Positions 31,959 to 41,275 of a stretch of 49,925 nucleotides of DNA are shown one piece after another. The notes under the pieces are model-generated. The model did not search any database, was not told the origin of the DNA, and worked only from the letters and a program-made list of their open reading frames with translations. The stretch is taken from NCBI GenBank assembly GCA_016186395.1, contig JACPLU010000007.1:1-49925 (forward strand). Direction: 5' to 3'. The position numbers and the translations under genes are program-made. Positions within the stretch are counted from its first letter, which is position 1, and each line of letters opens with the position of its first letter. Origin of the DNA: Parcubacteria group bacterium. Its GTDB lineage: Bacteria > Patescibacteriota > Minisyncoccia > 2-02-FULL-40-12.

Positions 31959-33245
31959 TTACTCTGTCGGCAAAGTAATTGGCGGCATACCTTTTTTCGC
32001 TTCAATACGCGGTACCGACGGCGCTCGTACAGAAATAGTTGGCAAATGATAAATGGTTGCCAATTCTTCGGTATTAAACACGAAAGCCTTTTTAACCCAC
32101 TGACGTTTTATAAATTTATTAAATAAATTAACCTTGCGTTTGTAAAAAAGACTTTGAGAGAATAGCCCTTTTCCTGTAAAAGGAACCTTCGCAAAAAATC
32201 CTTTATCAGACGTAAAAGCTTTTGGATTAAGCCTGAATCCGTTTAAATTGGAGGAGGCAAATTGTTTGAAGGCTCCGATTAAAGCTCCCAAAAAACCGAG
32301 ATTAAAGACATCACGCCTGGCGATATACACCAAGCGGATACCTGAATCAAAACCAATCTTAGCGGTATTACGATCAATCGCTTTTATAATTTCCTGTTCT
32401 CCGTGTGAAAGATGAAGCATTGATTTAAGTTCAGCTTTTTCTTTCGGAGCATCAACCATATTACCCGGTATCAAAGAATCAATAAAATCAACCGTTTTAC
32501 CAAAAGCGTCACGCTCCAGAGGTTTTGTTCTCCCCATAATTTTGTCCACAATTGTTTTTCCTTCTTTTATCCATTTATCATCCGTTGTCGGACGGATAAG
32601 ATACTGCAACCAAACATTTTCCCCGGGTTTTAAAGAACCTAATGCTTCTGCCAATGCAGCCAAAGGATCAATTCTCTTTTCTTCTCCAATGCCGCCGGAC
32701 TCTTCAAATTCAGGATGGGTTCTAATCGGATAAGCATCTTCCTTGGTTAAAACCAATTCCCCTCCCCATAAATCGTATTCTTCGTTTGGCAAATCTTTCG
32801 GGAGGTCGTTAATAAAATCCGTAACTTCTGAAATCTCGGCATCAGAGTATTGAGCATAAACATGAGACTCAACTATATTTCTATACCTTGATGGCGTTCT
32901 AATATAAAAATTTATACCGCCGCCTTTGGCAACGGTTTCCAAGGCTAAGTAATCTTGATGAAATTTACCTCTAACCCACTTATCTTTCCATGCTTCTGGT
33001 AACCACAAACCGTGAAAACCGGAAAACATTTGTTCTGAAGCTTTCGGACTCTTCCTAATCTCTGGAGGAATTCTAATTTCTAAAGTAACCCATTCTAATG
33101 CAGCTTCATATTTTTCCTTAAGATATGTACCGTAAGCAAGTCTTGTTCCTAGAACTAAAACTACCGGCAGCCAAGTCCACCAAAACGAAGCTAACAATTT
33201 TAATGATATAAGATAAGAATCTAAAATAGAAAATTCCACCCCCAC
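31959..33245 (-). CDS. membrane-anchored protein of unknown function, paired with the VirD4-like ATPase
   Basis: 428 aa with an N-terminal TM hairpin followed by a large soluble domain. Lies 50 nt upstream of the ATPase on the same strand. Confidence 0.5.
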   Translation of the reverse strand: MGVEFSILDSYLISLKLLASFWWTWLPVVLVLGTRLAYGTYLKEKYEAALEWVTLEIRIPPEIRKSPKASEQMFSGFHGLWLPEAWKDKWVRGKFHQDYLALETVAKGGGINFYIRTPSRYRNIVESHVYAQYSDAEISEVTDFINDLPKDLPNEEYDLWGGELVLTKEDAYPIRTHPEFEESGGIGEEKRIDPLAALAEALGSLKPGENVWLQYLIRPTTDDKWIKEGKTIVDKIMGRTKPLERDAFGKTVDFIDSLIPGNMVDAPKEKAELKSMLHLSHGEQEIIKAIDRNTAKIGFDSGIRLVYIARRDVFNLGFLGALIGAFKQFASSNLNGFRLNPKAFTSDKGFFAKVPFTGKGLFSQSLFYKRKVNLFNKFIKRQWVKKAFVFNTEELATIYHLPTISVRAPSVPRIEAKKGMPPITLPTE

Positions 33246-33260
33246 ACCACAACAAGGATC

Positions 33261-33288
33261 AACTATAACTTTTTAAAAAGTTATAGTT
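33261..33288. promoter_or_regulatory. perfect 28-bp palindrome 16 nt upstream of the membrane-protein gene
   Basis: AACTATAACTTTTT|AAAAAGTTATAGTT read directly. Candidate operator or 5'-UTR hairpin. Confidence 0.5.
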
Positions 33289-33404
33289 TCTCGAGATTAT
33301 GGGATTATCTAGACATAAATTCTAAACAAAACGTAATTAAATTAATATATTACCGCCCCACAAAACCCTTGTTTGGTATGGGGGTCCGTCTTTTTATAAT
33401 TATA

Positions 33405-33440
33405 TCAGAAAAGAGCCCCGACCAGAAGGTCGGGGCTCTT
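33405..33440 (-). terminator. intrinsic terminator after the sigma-r4 domain gene
   Basis: 13-bp stem AAGAGCCCCGACC-TTCT-GGTCGGGGCTCTT followed by TTCTGAT. Confidence 0.75.
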
Positions 33441-33452
33441 GATATCAATAGT

Positions 33453-34508
33453 TTAAATCTCTTTAAGAAAGACCCTACCTTTTTCATCTTTTCTAAAAAG
33501 CTTAGAATCCTGGAGACTTAAAAGCACGGTATTTGGTTTAACAAATCTAGCTGAAGTAACAAAAGCAACAATTTTATCTTTAGGAGTCGGACCTTTCTTT
33601 TTAAGAAAGCCGGTCACTAAATCCTTTATTGTACCCGGCTCATAACCCCATTCGGCTAAAGCATAAAGACCTCTCCCAACTAAAACAAATCGATCGTCTT
33701 TTATTAACTCATTATGAACAGTCTGGGCGTTTGCTTTCTTACGATCAAAACTAGAAGTATTTATCAACTGGGCAATTTCATTAAAATGTTTTGGCTTATT
33801 TTCCCTTCGTAAAACTAAATATGCCTTATCTTTTACTCCCCGTGGAACTATATGCGGCCACGCTACCAATCCCCATTCACCAAATATATTTTTCCCGATA
33901 TGTTTACTCAAAGAAAGATAGGAAATTAAAATCTTAAGGTCATTAATACTCACATCTCTAATCGCTCTGGTAGTCGAGACTTCTAAAAGATTATCTTCTT
34001 TCACAGCTTCTTTGCTTCGTTTTAGAAAGGTTACAAATTGGGCAACAGCATTTCTGACTTTCTCTGAATAAGCTGGATCCTTAAAACTCCAGAAAGTGTT
34101 AAAATCATCATCTTCTATAAAACGACTAAATTGGTTACTCACGGCCATCATTAAAACTAAAGCTGCATTTTCAGCAGATGATTTTTCATTCCCCGAAAAA
34201 AGTGAAAACAGTTTGTCCTCTTTTAAGGCATTTCCGTATTCCTTTAAAAATTCTGTTGTTAATTGGACATATGGATTAAAATTAAATCTTCCAAAATTAC
34301 GACGCAAATCTCTTAAAGCCACCTCTTCAATTTGCCTTACCCTTTCACGAGTTATTTTATATCCCGAACCGATTGACTCTAAAGTCTCTTTTCTTCCATT
34401 TTTCAGGCCAAAACGACGAGAAATTACGTCTTGACTGCGTTTATTGAGTACGCCTATAAAATTAGTAACTTGACCCTTTAAATTTTGGGCTATTTGAAGA
34501 TCCGACAT
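33453..34508 (-). CDS. sigma-70 region 4-type HTH domain protein with a long C-terminal extension
   Basis: The N-terminus ...VISRRFGL..GRKETLESIGSGYKITRERVRQIEEVALRDLR is a classic region 4.2 HTH. The remaining ~270 aa are unassigned. Confidence 0.65.
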   Translation of the reverse strand: MSDLQIAQNLKGQVTNFIGVLNKRSQDVISRRFGLKNGRKETLESIGSGYKITRERVRQIEEVALRDLRRNFGRFNFNPYVQLTTEFLKEYGNALKEDKLFSLFSGNEKSSAENAALVLMMAVSNQFSRFIEDDDFNTFWSFKDPAYSEKVRNAVAQFVTFLKRSKEAVKEDNLLEVSTTRAIRDVSINDLKILISYLSLSKHIGKNIFGEWGLVAWPHIVPRGVKDKAYLVLRRENKPKHFNEIAQLINTSSFDRKKANAQTVHNELIKDDRFVLVGRGLYALAEWGYEPGTIKDLVTGFLKKKGPTPKDKIVAFVTSARFVKPNTVLLSLQDSKLFRKDEKGRVFLKEI

Positions 34509-34564
34509 GTTAGAATAATCTTACCAGATTTGACCCCAAGCCGTCAACCCCAGCTAATAGAGTC

Positions 34565-34593
34565 TATATAGCAATCCCCAAAACCCGTGTCAA
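34565..34593 (-). promoter_or_regulatory. sigma70-type promoter of the sigma-r4 domain gene
   Basis: Minus strand reads TTGACA-N17-(TGc)TATATA, about 50 nt upstream of the ATG. Confidence 0.55.
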
Positions 34594-34663
34594 GCCCCGT
34601 AGTAGAAATTCAACTTTTTACCCCCTTGCGCCTTTAGCGCATGTTGAATTTTCACTACGGGGC
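34594..34663. repeat. long (21-bp stem) hairpin abutting the -35 box, with an inner TGCGC/GCGCA hairpin
   Basis: GCCCCGTAGTAGAAATTCAAC ... GTTGAATTTTCACTACGGGGC. Confidence 0.6.
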
Positions 34664-34785
34664 AAGCCTACACACCATACATAAGGATTAATTTCTGCAA
34701 ATGACTGCGGTTCAATCTTATTTACCAAACAATACACTATCAATACACTATTTTTTAGACTTACTGAACAAAATAACCAAACAAA

Positions 34786-34815
34786 AAAAAGCCCTAAATT
34801 CAGAGCTTTTTTTTA
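34786..34815 (-). terminator. terminator after tRNA-Val (bidirectional shape)
   Basis: Minus strand reads AGCTCT-GAATT-TAGGGCT flanked by A8 and T8 runs. Confidence 0.6.
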
Positions 34816-34820
34816 TTTGA

Positions 34821-34892
34821 TGGGCCCAGTAGGAATCGAACCTACTACCTCGTCGATGTCAACGACGCGTTCTGCCAATGAACTATGAGCCC
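34821..34892 (-). tRNA. tRNA-Val (anticodon GAC)
   Basis: GGGCTCA-TA-GTTC..GAAC-G-CGTCG-TTGACAT-CGACG-AGGTA-GTAGG-TTCGATT-CCTAC-TGGGCCC-A. CCA is not encoded. Confidence 0.92.
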
Positions 34893-34927
34893 TTAAATTT
34901 TATATTCCAAATTTTAAGTTTCATGTT

Positions 34928-35815
34928 TCAAGTTTTAAGTTTACTCCACCACACAAGCAATGGAGAAGCAATAAAAATTGAAGAATAGGCTCCCAAAAAT
35001 ATACCTATTATTAAAGCCAGAGCAAAATATCGGATACTTTCCCCTCCAAAAAAGTAAATAGCGACCAACGAAAGCAAAGTCGTAAATGTGGTATTTAAAG
35101 ACCGAACCAAAGTTTGCATAACACTTTTATGAACTATTGCCGGAAATCCGTCTTTCAACCCCTCTTTTAAAACATTTTCTCTTACCCTGTCAAAAACTAC
35201 CACTGTATCTGAAACAGAAAAACCTAAAATAGTTAAGGCAGCAGCAACAAAGACTCCACCGATCTCAACCCCGTAATAATATCCTAGCAAGGCAAAAACT
35301 CCAAAAGGAATAAATAAATCATGGACTAGCGCTACAATAGCGGCCACACCCATGCTCCAAGGTGATAAAACTTTTGAAAGTTTCCTAAACACAAAGGCTA
35401 TATAAGAAAGAATGCCTATTAAAACCAAAATGATAGCAGTAATACTTTTACGCTTAAGCTCGTTACCAACAACAGGACCTACCGAATCAAATTTTTTCTC
35501 TTCAATCTGATTTTCAAAGTTTGTCTCCAACCTTCTCAAAATCAATTGGTGGTTCTCTTCACTTAACTCACCGGATCGAATAATTAATCCTTTATCACCA
35601 AGTGAACTAAGATTTAAATCTTTAATCGGAAACTGATCAGTCAAGACTTTTTGAATTTGAGCCATCTCGGGTCGGCCATCTTTAAATTCCAGCTCAATCA
35701 CACTACCGCCTTTAAAATCAACCCCAAATTTTAGTCCAAAAATAAAAACACAAACAATAGCTATCAGAGTCAGACCGATAGAAACAAAAAACATTATTTT
35801 ATAGACTGGATGCAC
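34928..35815 (-). CDS. secF: protein translocase subunit SecF
   Basis: 295 aa with a six-TM SecF pattern (FGVDFKGG..., ...DRVRE...). Apparent GTG start. Confidence 0.9.
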   Translation of the reverse strand: MHPVYKIMFFVSIGLTLIAIVCVFIFGLKFGVDFKGGSVIELEFKDGRPEMAQIQKVLTDQFPIKDLNLSSLGDKGLIIRSGELSEENHQLILRRLETNFENQIEEKKFDSVGPVVGNELKRKSITAIILVLIGILSYIAFVFRKLSKVLSPWSMGVAAIVALVHDLFIPFGVFALLGYYYGVEIGGVFVAAALTILGFSVSDTVVVFDRVRENVLKEGLKDGFPAIVHKSVMQTLVRSLNTTFTTLLSLVAIYFFGGESIRYFALALIIGIFLGAYSSIFIASPLLVWWSKLKT

Positions 35816-35920
35816 TAATATGATACCAATATACTAACGCATACTAATTATACTCATAAGATTCGTCGCGTCAGACGCGATTCGTATCATTAGTATCAAT
35901 TCGTATATTTGAATCGGTTA

Positions 35921-37282
35921 TTATCTAAACAACCACTTTACTTTTTCAAATTTTGACCCAGTAAACAAATTCAAAAACCCCCTTGTTATTACTATTGCCG
36001 TCAAAAGGCTTGTTAAAACACCTATTCCTAAAGTTAAGGCGAATCCTTTAACGATCGAAGTGGTAAAACTATACAAAAAGAAGGCTCCGATTAAAGCCGT
36101 AACATGACTGTCACGAACTGACAACCAAGCCCTACGAAACCCTTCATGCATAGCCGCATTTAAACCCTTGCCGAGCTTCAACTCTTCTTTCATACGAGCA
36201 AAAATCAAAATGTTGGCATCGACCGCCATACCCAAAGATAAAATAAACCCAGCGATACCTGCTAAAGTTAGAGTTACGGGTATTAACTTATAAAACGACA
36301 AAACGATCAGCACATAAATCAATAAAGCAATGACCGCAATAATCCCCGGTAATCTATAAAACAAAACCATAAAAATAGCGACAAAAATTAAACCGTACAC
36401 TCCTGCTTTTAGACTCTTGGCCAAAGATTCTGCACCCAATGATGCACCAATTGTCTGTTGTGAAATTAATTTTATTGGCACCGGTAAAGCTCCAGCATTT
36501 AGTCTTGTAACCAAAAGCTTAGTTTCATTAATAGTAAAGTTTCCATTAATAACAGCCCTACCGCTAGGGATTTCTTCTTGCACTACAGGAATACTTATAG
36601 GAATTCCGTCCAAATAGATTGCTACTCTTTTGCCAACATTTCTTTTGGTAATGTCGGCAAAAAGTTTGGCACCCTCATCGTTTAACTCAAGACTTACCTG
36701 AGACGATAGTCCTTGTTGATCAAAAGTCACTTCGGCTCTTTTAAGATGTTTACCGTTAAGACCTGTGGACTGAAACGGATCCTCGTCTAATCTTTGACCG
36801 TTTTGTTGTGCGTCTACAATTGCTTGAGCATCTATTTTTTCTTCTTTAAATTCCAAAAATGGCGTTTCTCCTATTTGTTGAATGGCCTGATTCACATCTT
36901 TAATCCCAGCAAGTTCAACTATCAACCTATCATCACCACTGATTTGAACCACAGGTTCGGCAACTCCAAAAAGATTAACTCTTCTTTCAATAACGTCCCT
37001 TACTCCCTGCATTGCTTCACCAATGTCACGTCCTTCAATCTGTTCTATGTCAGCTTGATAGACTAGGTGCGTGCCTCCGAGCAAATCGAGACCCAATCTA
37101 AAAGGACTTTCAAACATATAGGGTAGGTGGAGTTTTGTTTTGAAATTAAACCAATCTAGGCTTTTATTAACCCCCTGGGGATAAACAAACGCAAACAAAA
37201 ACAGCGATATCAAAACTGTAGTTAAGACAAAATAGAATCTTTTCACTGGGAAAATATTATCAGGATAAATAAAAAAAGGCAA
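35921..37282 (-). CDS. secD: protein translocase subunit SecD
   Basis: SecD periplasmic domain (LGLDLLGGTHLVY) and a C-terminal 6-TM bundle. The ORF-track start (TTG 37282) lies inside the upstream terminator, so the GTG at 37246 is more likely. Confidence 0.88.
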   Translation of the reverse strand: MPFFIYPDNIFPVKRFYFVLTTVLISLFLFAFVYPQGVNKSLDWFNFKTKLHLPYMFESPFRLGLDLLGGTHLVYQADIEQIEGRDIGEAMQGVRDVIERRVNLFGVAEPVVQISGDDRLIVELAGIKDVNQAIQQIGETPFLEFKEEKIDAQAIVDAQQNGQRLDEDPFQSTGLNGKHLKRAEVTFDQQGLSSQVSLELNDEGAKLFADITKRNVGKRVAIYLDGIPISIPVVQEEIPSGRAVINGNFTINETKLLVTRLNAGALPVPIKLISQQTIGASLGAESLAKSLKAGVYGLIFVAIFMVLFYRLPGIIAVIALLIYVLIVLSFYKLIPVTLTLAGIAGFILSLGMAVDANILIFARMKEELKLGKGLNAAMHEGFRRAWLSVRDSHVTALIGAFFLYSFTTSIVKGFALTLGIGVLTSLLTAIVITRGFLNLFTGSKFEKVKWLFR

Positions 37283-37296
37283 TTCGTCATTGCCTT
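37266..37296 (-). terminator. intrinsic terminator after the 37329..38789 gene
   Basis: Minus strand reads AAGGCAAT-GACGA-ATTGCCTT followed by TTTTTATTTAT. Confidence 0.8.
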
Positions 37297-37328
37297 ATTT
37301 AAGCGTCTAGAATTTAATCTATCCTATA

Positions 37329-38789
37329 TCATATATCATGGATCTCCTGCCAATGTTGATTTAGCTCCAGCCAATTTCTAAATTTTACTAAAAATTCTTG
37401 CGTTTCTGTTCGTAGCGGTTCCTTGGCCCAATCGCCAACTAAACCAATATTGATATGGGCAGATAAAGCTTTATTCGCCCACTTTGGCTTACCGTTATAT
37501 CGGGCCAAATCCTGTTCCATTCCATAGGAAGTATTCTCAATCCGATCAATAACTTGTCTTTGTATTTGCAATTTCGTTTTAGCCGAGGCTAAATCATTTT
37601 TAAGTTTAGCCAAAGATTTTTGGTTTCTTGTATTATTTAACTTGGCTTCCAATTGATTCATTTTATCTTGCAATTCTTCTGCCTTCTTTTTTAAAGGAGG
37701 GATGTACTCGGCTCTATTGTAGTCAATCAACAATGCCGTAGCCTTGGTAACATTAACATGATCTGCTGCGCCTGCAACAAAGTCTTTTATTAAGTCCGCG
37801 GTAGGATAACTTGACCTAATTCCTTTATATGTACCGCTAGTAAATTGATTTAGACCTTGAGCTTCAGCCGGACTTTTTGTAAATGAATAAGCTTTTTGTT
37901 TATTAGCGCCCAAAATAACATCAACCCTTTCAAAAATAGTTTTAGGATCAACTAATACTTCACCGAAGTCACTTTGTTCAATATGGGGAATAGCTATTAA
38001 TAATTCGGGTTTGATTGTGTCTGCCACTAATTTACCCGGATAAGCCCGTGACCGAACTCCTAGGTTTCTTAAATCATCTAAAGCTTTGCTAACCACCTCG
38101 TTTTTCTGATACGACCTTCCTGACTGAACCAAAAAGTCTCTATACAAGTCGGGACTATATGGAGAATAATATAAATCTTTCTCCGGAGTTCTGACTATTT
38201 GTTCAACTCTTTTTATCTTACCCCTGATTCTTTGCATAAGTTCCACTTTTTTATAAGTCGGGAAACGATTCTCAACCACAACATAGCCAGACGGTTTATA
38301 TGATTTATAAATATTGTTAAATCCATTTAAACGAGACCCGCTTAAACGCGGCATGACGCGTATATCAACCAACTCCTCTTGAAGTGACACTGGATCAATT
38401 AGCCTTGAATTAACAAAGTCTTCCATTTCCTGGTTAATTTTGGCAAATTGAATTTCACCAAGAAACCCACCTCTTCCATGATCAATAGTTTGATCATAAG
38501 CTAAAAGAGCTAAACCAATCTCCCGCATATTTAAAGCCGGGACTGTTTTATTTCTAGCCCAAGAAATGTCGTGAAGTTTTACCTCTTGATTGCCAATCTT
38601 CAAGTTCAACTTACTTAAACCTATGTCGGCCTCTTTGATAATTTCGTCCCAATCTTCCCAAGTTCGTATTCTTTCAGACTTTTGACTATCTGACCGTGAA
38701 ATAATTTCTATTACTGAAGCTGTATAAGAACTAATACAAAATCCTCCGAAAAGGAGGATCGCCCCAAAATAGACTCGCCAATACTTCAT
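37329..38789 (-). CDS. secreted/anchored hypothetical protein, possibly lytic-transglycosylase-related
   Basis: 486 aa with an N-terminal signal/TM. ...SPAEAQGLNQFTSGTY resembles the SLT motif (GLMQ...T). C-terminal coiled coil. Lies next to the class A PBP. Confidence 0.3.
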   Translation of the reverse strand: MKYWRVYFGAILLFGGFCISSYTASVIEIISRSDSQKSERIRTWEDWDEIIKEADIGLSKLNLKIGNQEVKLHDISWARNKTVPALNMREIGLALLAYDQTIDHGRGGFLGEIQFAKINQEMEDFVNSRLIDPVSLQEELVDIRVMPRLSGSRLNGFNNIYKSYKPSGYVVVENRFPTYKKVELMQRIRGKIKRVEQIVRTPEKDLYYSPYSPDLYRDFLVQSGRSYQKNEVVSKALDDLRNLGVRSRAYPGKLVADTIKPELLIAIPHIEQSDFGEVLVDPKTIFERVDVILGANKQKAYSFTKSPAEAQGLNQFTSGTYKGIRSSYPTADLIKDFVAGAADHVNVTKATALLIDYNRAEYIPPLKKKAEELQDKMNQLEAKLNNTRNQKSLAKLKNDLASAKTKLQIQRQVIDRIENTSYGMEQDLARYNGKPKWANKALSAHINIGLVGDWAKEPLRTETQEFLVKFRNWLELNQHWQEIHDI

Positions 38790-38834
38790 GTTATTATTCT
38801 CCTATATGTTTTTAATGTGTGCAACGTTATCCTG

Positions 38835-41081
38835 TCATTTTGACAAATCTTTGGCAAGAGTTTCCACGGCATCAGAGAACTGATTGACTATCCCGTTAGA
38901 ATATATACCTCGAACAATTTCAGCAAATATTGGAAGCGCTAACTTCCCACCAGTAGGTTGCGTAATCCAATCACTCATAGAATTAGGTTGATCGAAACCA
39001 ACCCAAACTACGATTGTATAAGATGGTGCCCTACCTTTTGATCCTGTAATTCCTCCAAACCAAGCATCTTTAAAATCATTAGTCGTTCCTGTTTTTCCAG
39101 CTACTGGAATATCAACCATCATATTGCCAGCTTTTACTACTAAATAATTTGGTGAATTTGAACGAGTTAAAGACGCGGCCGTTCCACGAAACGTTACATT
39201 TCTAAGCATTGCTACTAACGGTGTAATCTTTTCCGAAGAAACAACTTCATAACCTTTTATATCTTGTCTAAAATTATGCCTGCCTTTCTTGTCTGAAACG
39301 GATTCGACAAGATATGGACGAAATAACCGACCTTGATTAGCAAATACCGAATATACAGTTGCTATATCGATTGGGCGAACACTTACCGCTCCAATAGCAG
39401 TTGGCAGATACGGATCTAATACTATTTTATTCTCATATAAATTAACTGGATAAAGATTGATCCCAAGACGATACGCCATTTGAATAACAACTTCAATTCC
39501 TTTTCTTTTTTCCTCTCCAAGTGCATTCGCCGTATTGATAGCGGCAAGATTTCTTGAATTAACCAACGCATCAACCATTCTTATATTTCCCCAAAATGGC
39601 GGCCTTCCTTTAACCGGATAATTTTGGGGTCTCCACCACTTAATAACTCGTCCAGTCTTTTTGTCTCTCTTAGCCGGCATAACTATAGAACAATCGCAAA
39701 CCATGTCATAGGGAGTTTTGCCTCTTTCAAGTGCAGAAAGATAAACAATCGGCTTAAACAAAGACCCCAGCTGACGAAAAGCTTGTACGGTTCGATTAAA
39801 ATTTCCATTATGTAATGTATCCGCAAAATCATAGCCACCGACCATGGCACGAATTGCCCCTGGCCTATTACCAAGATGCATTGGATTTTTATTCTCTAAA
39901 ATAACTACTGCGCCCTGAAAAAACGCCCCATCATCCTTACCAGAATGTTTTACCCATTCTCGATTGTATAAATCAATTTGTTTTTTTAACGCTATTTCAA
40001 CAATCTTTTGAAGCCGCATATCAACTGTTGTATGAATATCTAAACCGCCATGCCACACATCTTTGAAACCCAGATTCAATTCGTTTTTGAGAATAGCTTT
40101 GGTATGTTCAATGGGATATTTAAGTGAAGAAAAAAATTCAGTCTGATTGCTTCTAGGCTTTGGCAATGACTCGTTACTGGCACGCTTAAACATTTCATCA
40201 TCAATAAAACCATTTTTAAGCATCTGGGTTAATACGTAGTGACGTCTTCCTAATGCCGCATTCGGATGATAGATAGGCGAATAATCAGACGGGTTTTTAA
40301 TTAATCCGGCAAGCAAAGCACAAGCGGCTATTACTTCCGGATCATCATAATCCCAAAGCTCATCAAGTCGGCGATGACAAAATTTCCACGCCGCACGCTC
40401 AACCCCATAACGACCATCTCCCTCGTAAGACAGGTTCGCATAAAGAGCAAACATATCTTCTCTTGGATAGTGTCTAAGCTGATAGACCATCCTAATCTCA
40501 TCAAATTTTCTCTGAAGTGACACATTAGCCCTGGAAAATCGGTACATTTTTTTTGCTTCACCCCACACTCTACGCACATTCTGGGCCTGAAGACCGCTTC
40601 CACCTGATTTAATTTGAGGACCACCGCTTAAACTACTTTTTTGATTGGTAATAAATGCGCGAACTATCGCTAAAGGATCAAATCCAATATTTCTACTAAA
40701 AAATCCAAAAAAGTTTTTATCTTCGGCCGCTAATATTGCCTCGCGTAACCGAGGTGGTATCTGATCATACGTAACTAGACGCCTATTCTCACCATCAAAA
40801 AAACCGTAAATAGGTTTTTGGTCAGCCGAGTAAACAAGACTCGTCTGTTTCGGAACAAATTCAGCCAACTCATCAGGTGAAGGCAGATCTCTGGGATATT
40901 GAAAATAGTCGAGAAACAATCCAAAGAGAATAACAAAAATTACAGAACCAAAAACAAAAAAGCGCTTCCAGAACCTCCTTCTTATCTCTTTTTTTGCAAG
41001 CTCAACTGTTTTATCAAGCCATTCTTTAGGAACATGCAATGTGCCATTGAGCCTTTTTTTGATTTTTCCATTTGAACCCAT
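38835..41081 (-). CDS. class A penicillin-binding protein (GT51 transglycosylase plus transpeptidase)
   Basis: 748 aa with an N-terminal TM, GT51 motifs (AILAAEDKNFF, RKFDE) and transpeptidase motifs (SLFKP, SRN, KTGTT). Confidence 0.88.
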   Translation of the reverse strand: MGSNGKIKKRLNGTLHVPKEWLDKTVELAKKEIRRRFWKRFFVFGSVIFVILFGLFLDYFQYPRDLPSPDELAEFVPKQTSLVYSADQKPIYGFFDGENRRLVTYDQIPPRLREAILAAEDKNFFGFFSRNIGFDPLAIVRAFITNQKSSLSGGPQIKSGGSGLQAQNVRRVWGEAKKMYRFSRANVSLQRKFDEIRMVYQLRHYPREDMFALYANLSYEGDGRYGVERAAWKFCHRRLDELWDYDDPEVIAACALLAGLIKNPSDYSPIYHPNAALGRRHYVLTQMLKNGFIDDEMFKRASNESLPKPRSNQTEFFSSLKYPIEHTKAILKNELNLGFKDVWHGGLDIHTTVDMRLQKIVEIALKKQIDLYNREWVKHSGKDDGAFFQGAVVILENKNPMHLGNRPGAIRAMVGGYDFADTLHNGNFNRTVQAFRQLGSLFKPIVYLSALERGKTPYDMVCDCSIVMPAKRDKKTGRVIKWWRPQNYPVKGRPPFWGNIRMVDALVNSRNLAAINTANALGEEKRKGIEVVIQMAYRLGINLYPVNLYENKIVLDPYLPTAIGAVSVRPIDIATVYSVFANQGRLFRPYLVESVSDKKGRHNFRQDIKGYEVVSSEKITPLVAMLRNVTFRGTAASLTRSNSPNYLVVKAGNMMVDIPVAGKTGTTNDFKDAWFGGITGSKGRAPSYTIVVWVGFDQPNSMSDWITQPTGGKLALPIFAEIVRGIYSNGIVNQFSDAVETLAKDLSK

Positions 41082-41275
41082 CGATTTATCCCCTTTTCAT
41101 TTTTTTTTGTAAAAGTACATATTCCGCAATACAGATATTATGGTAGTCTTTCCCTGAAAAAAATCAAACACTCAATTCGTTTCGATTAACACAGTTCCTT
41201 CCTCTTTTACGACATTGAATGTCGTAAGAACACAAACGAGACAGAGTAAATAATTTAAAACCCTAATTAAGGATA

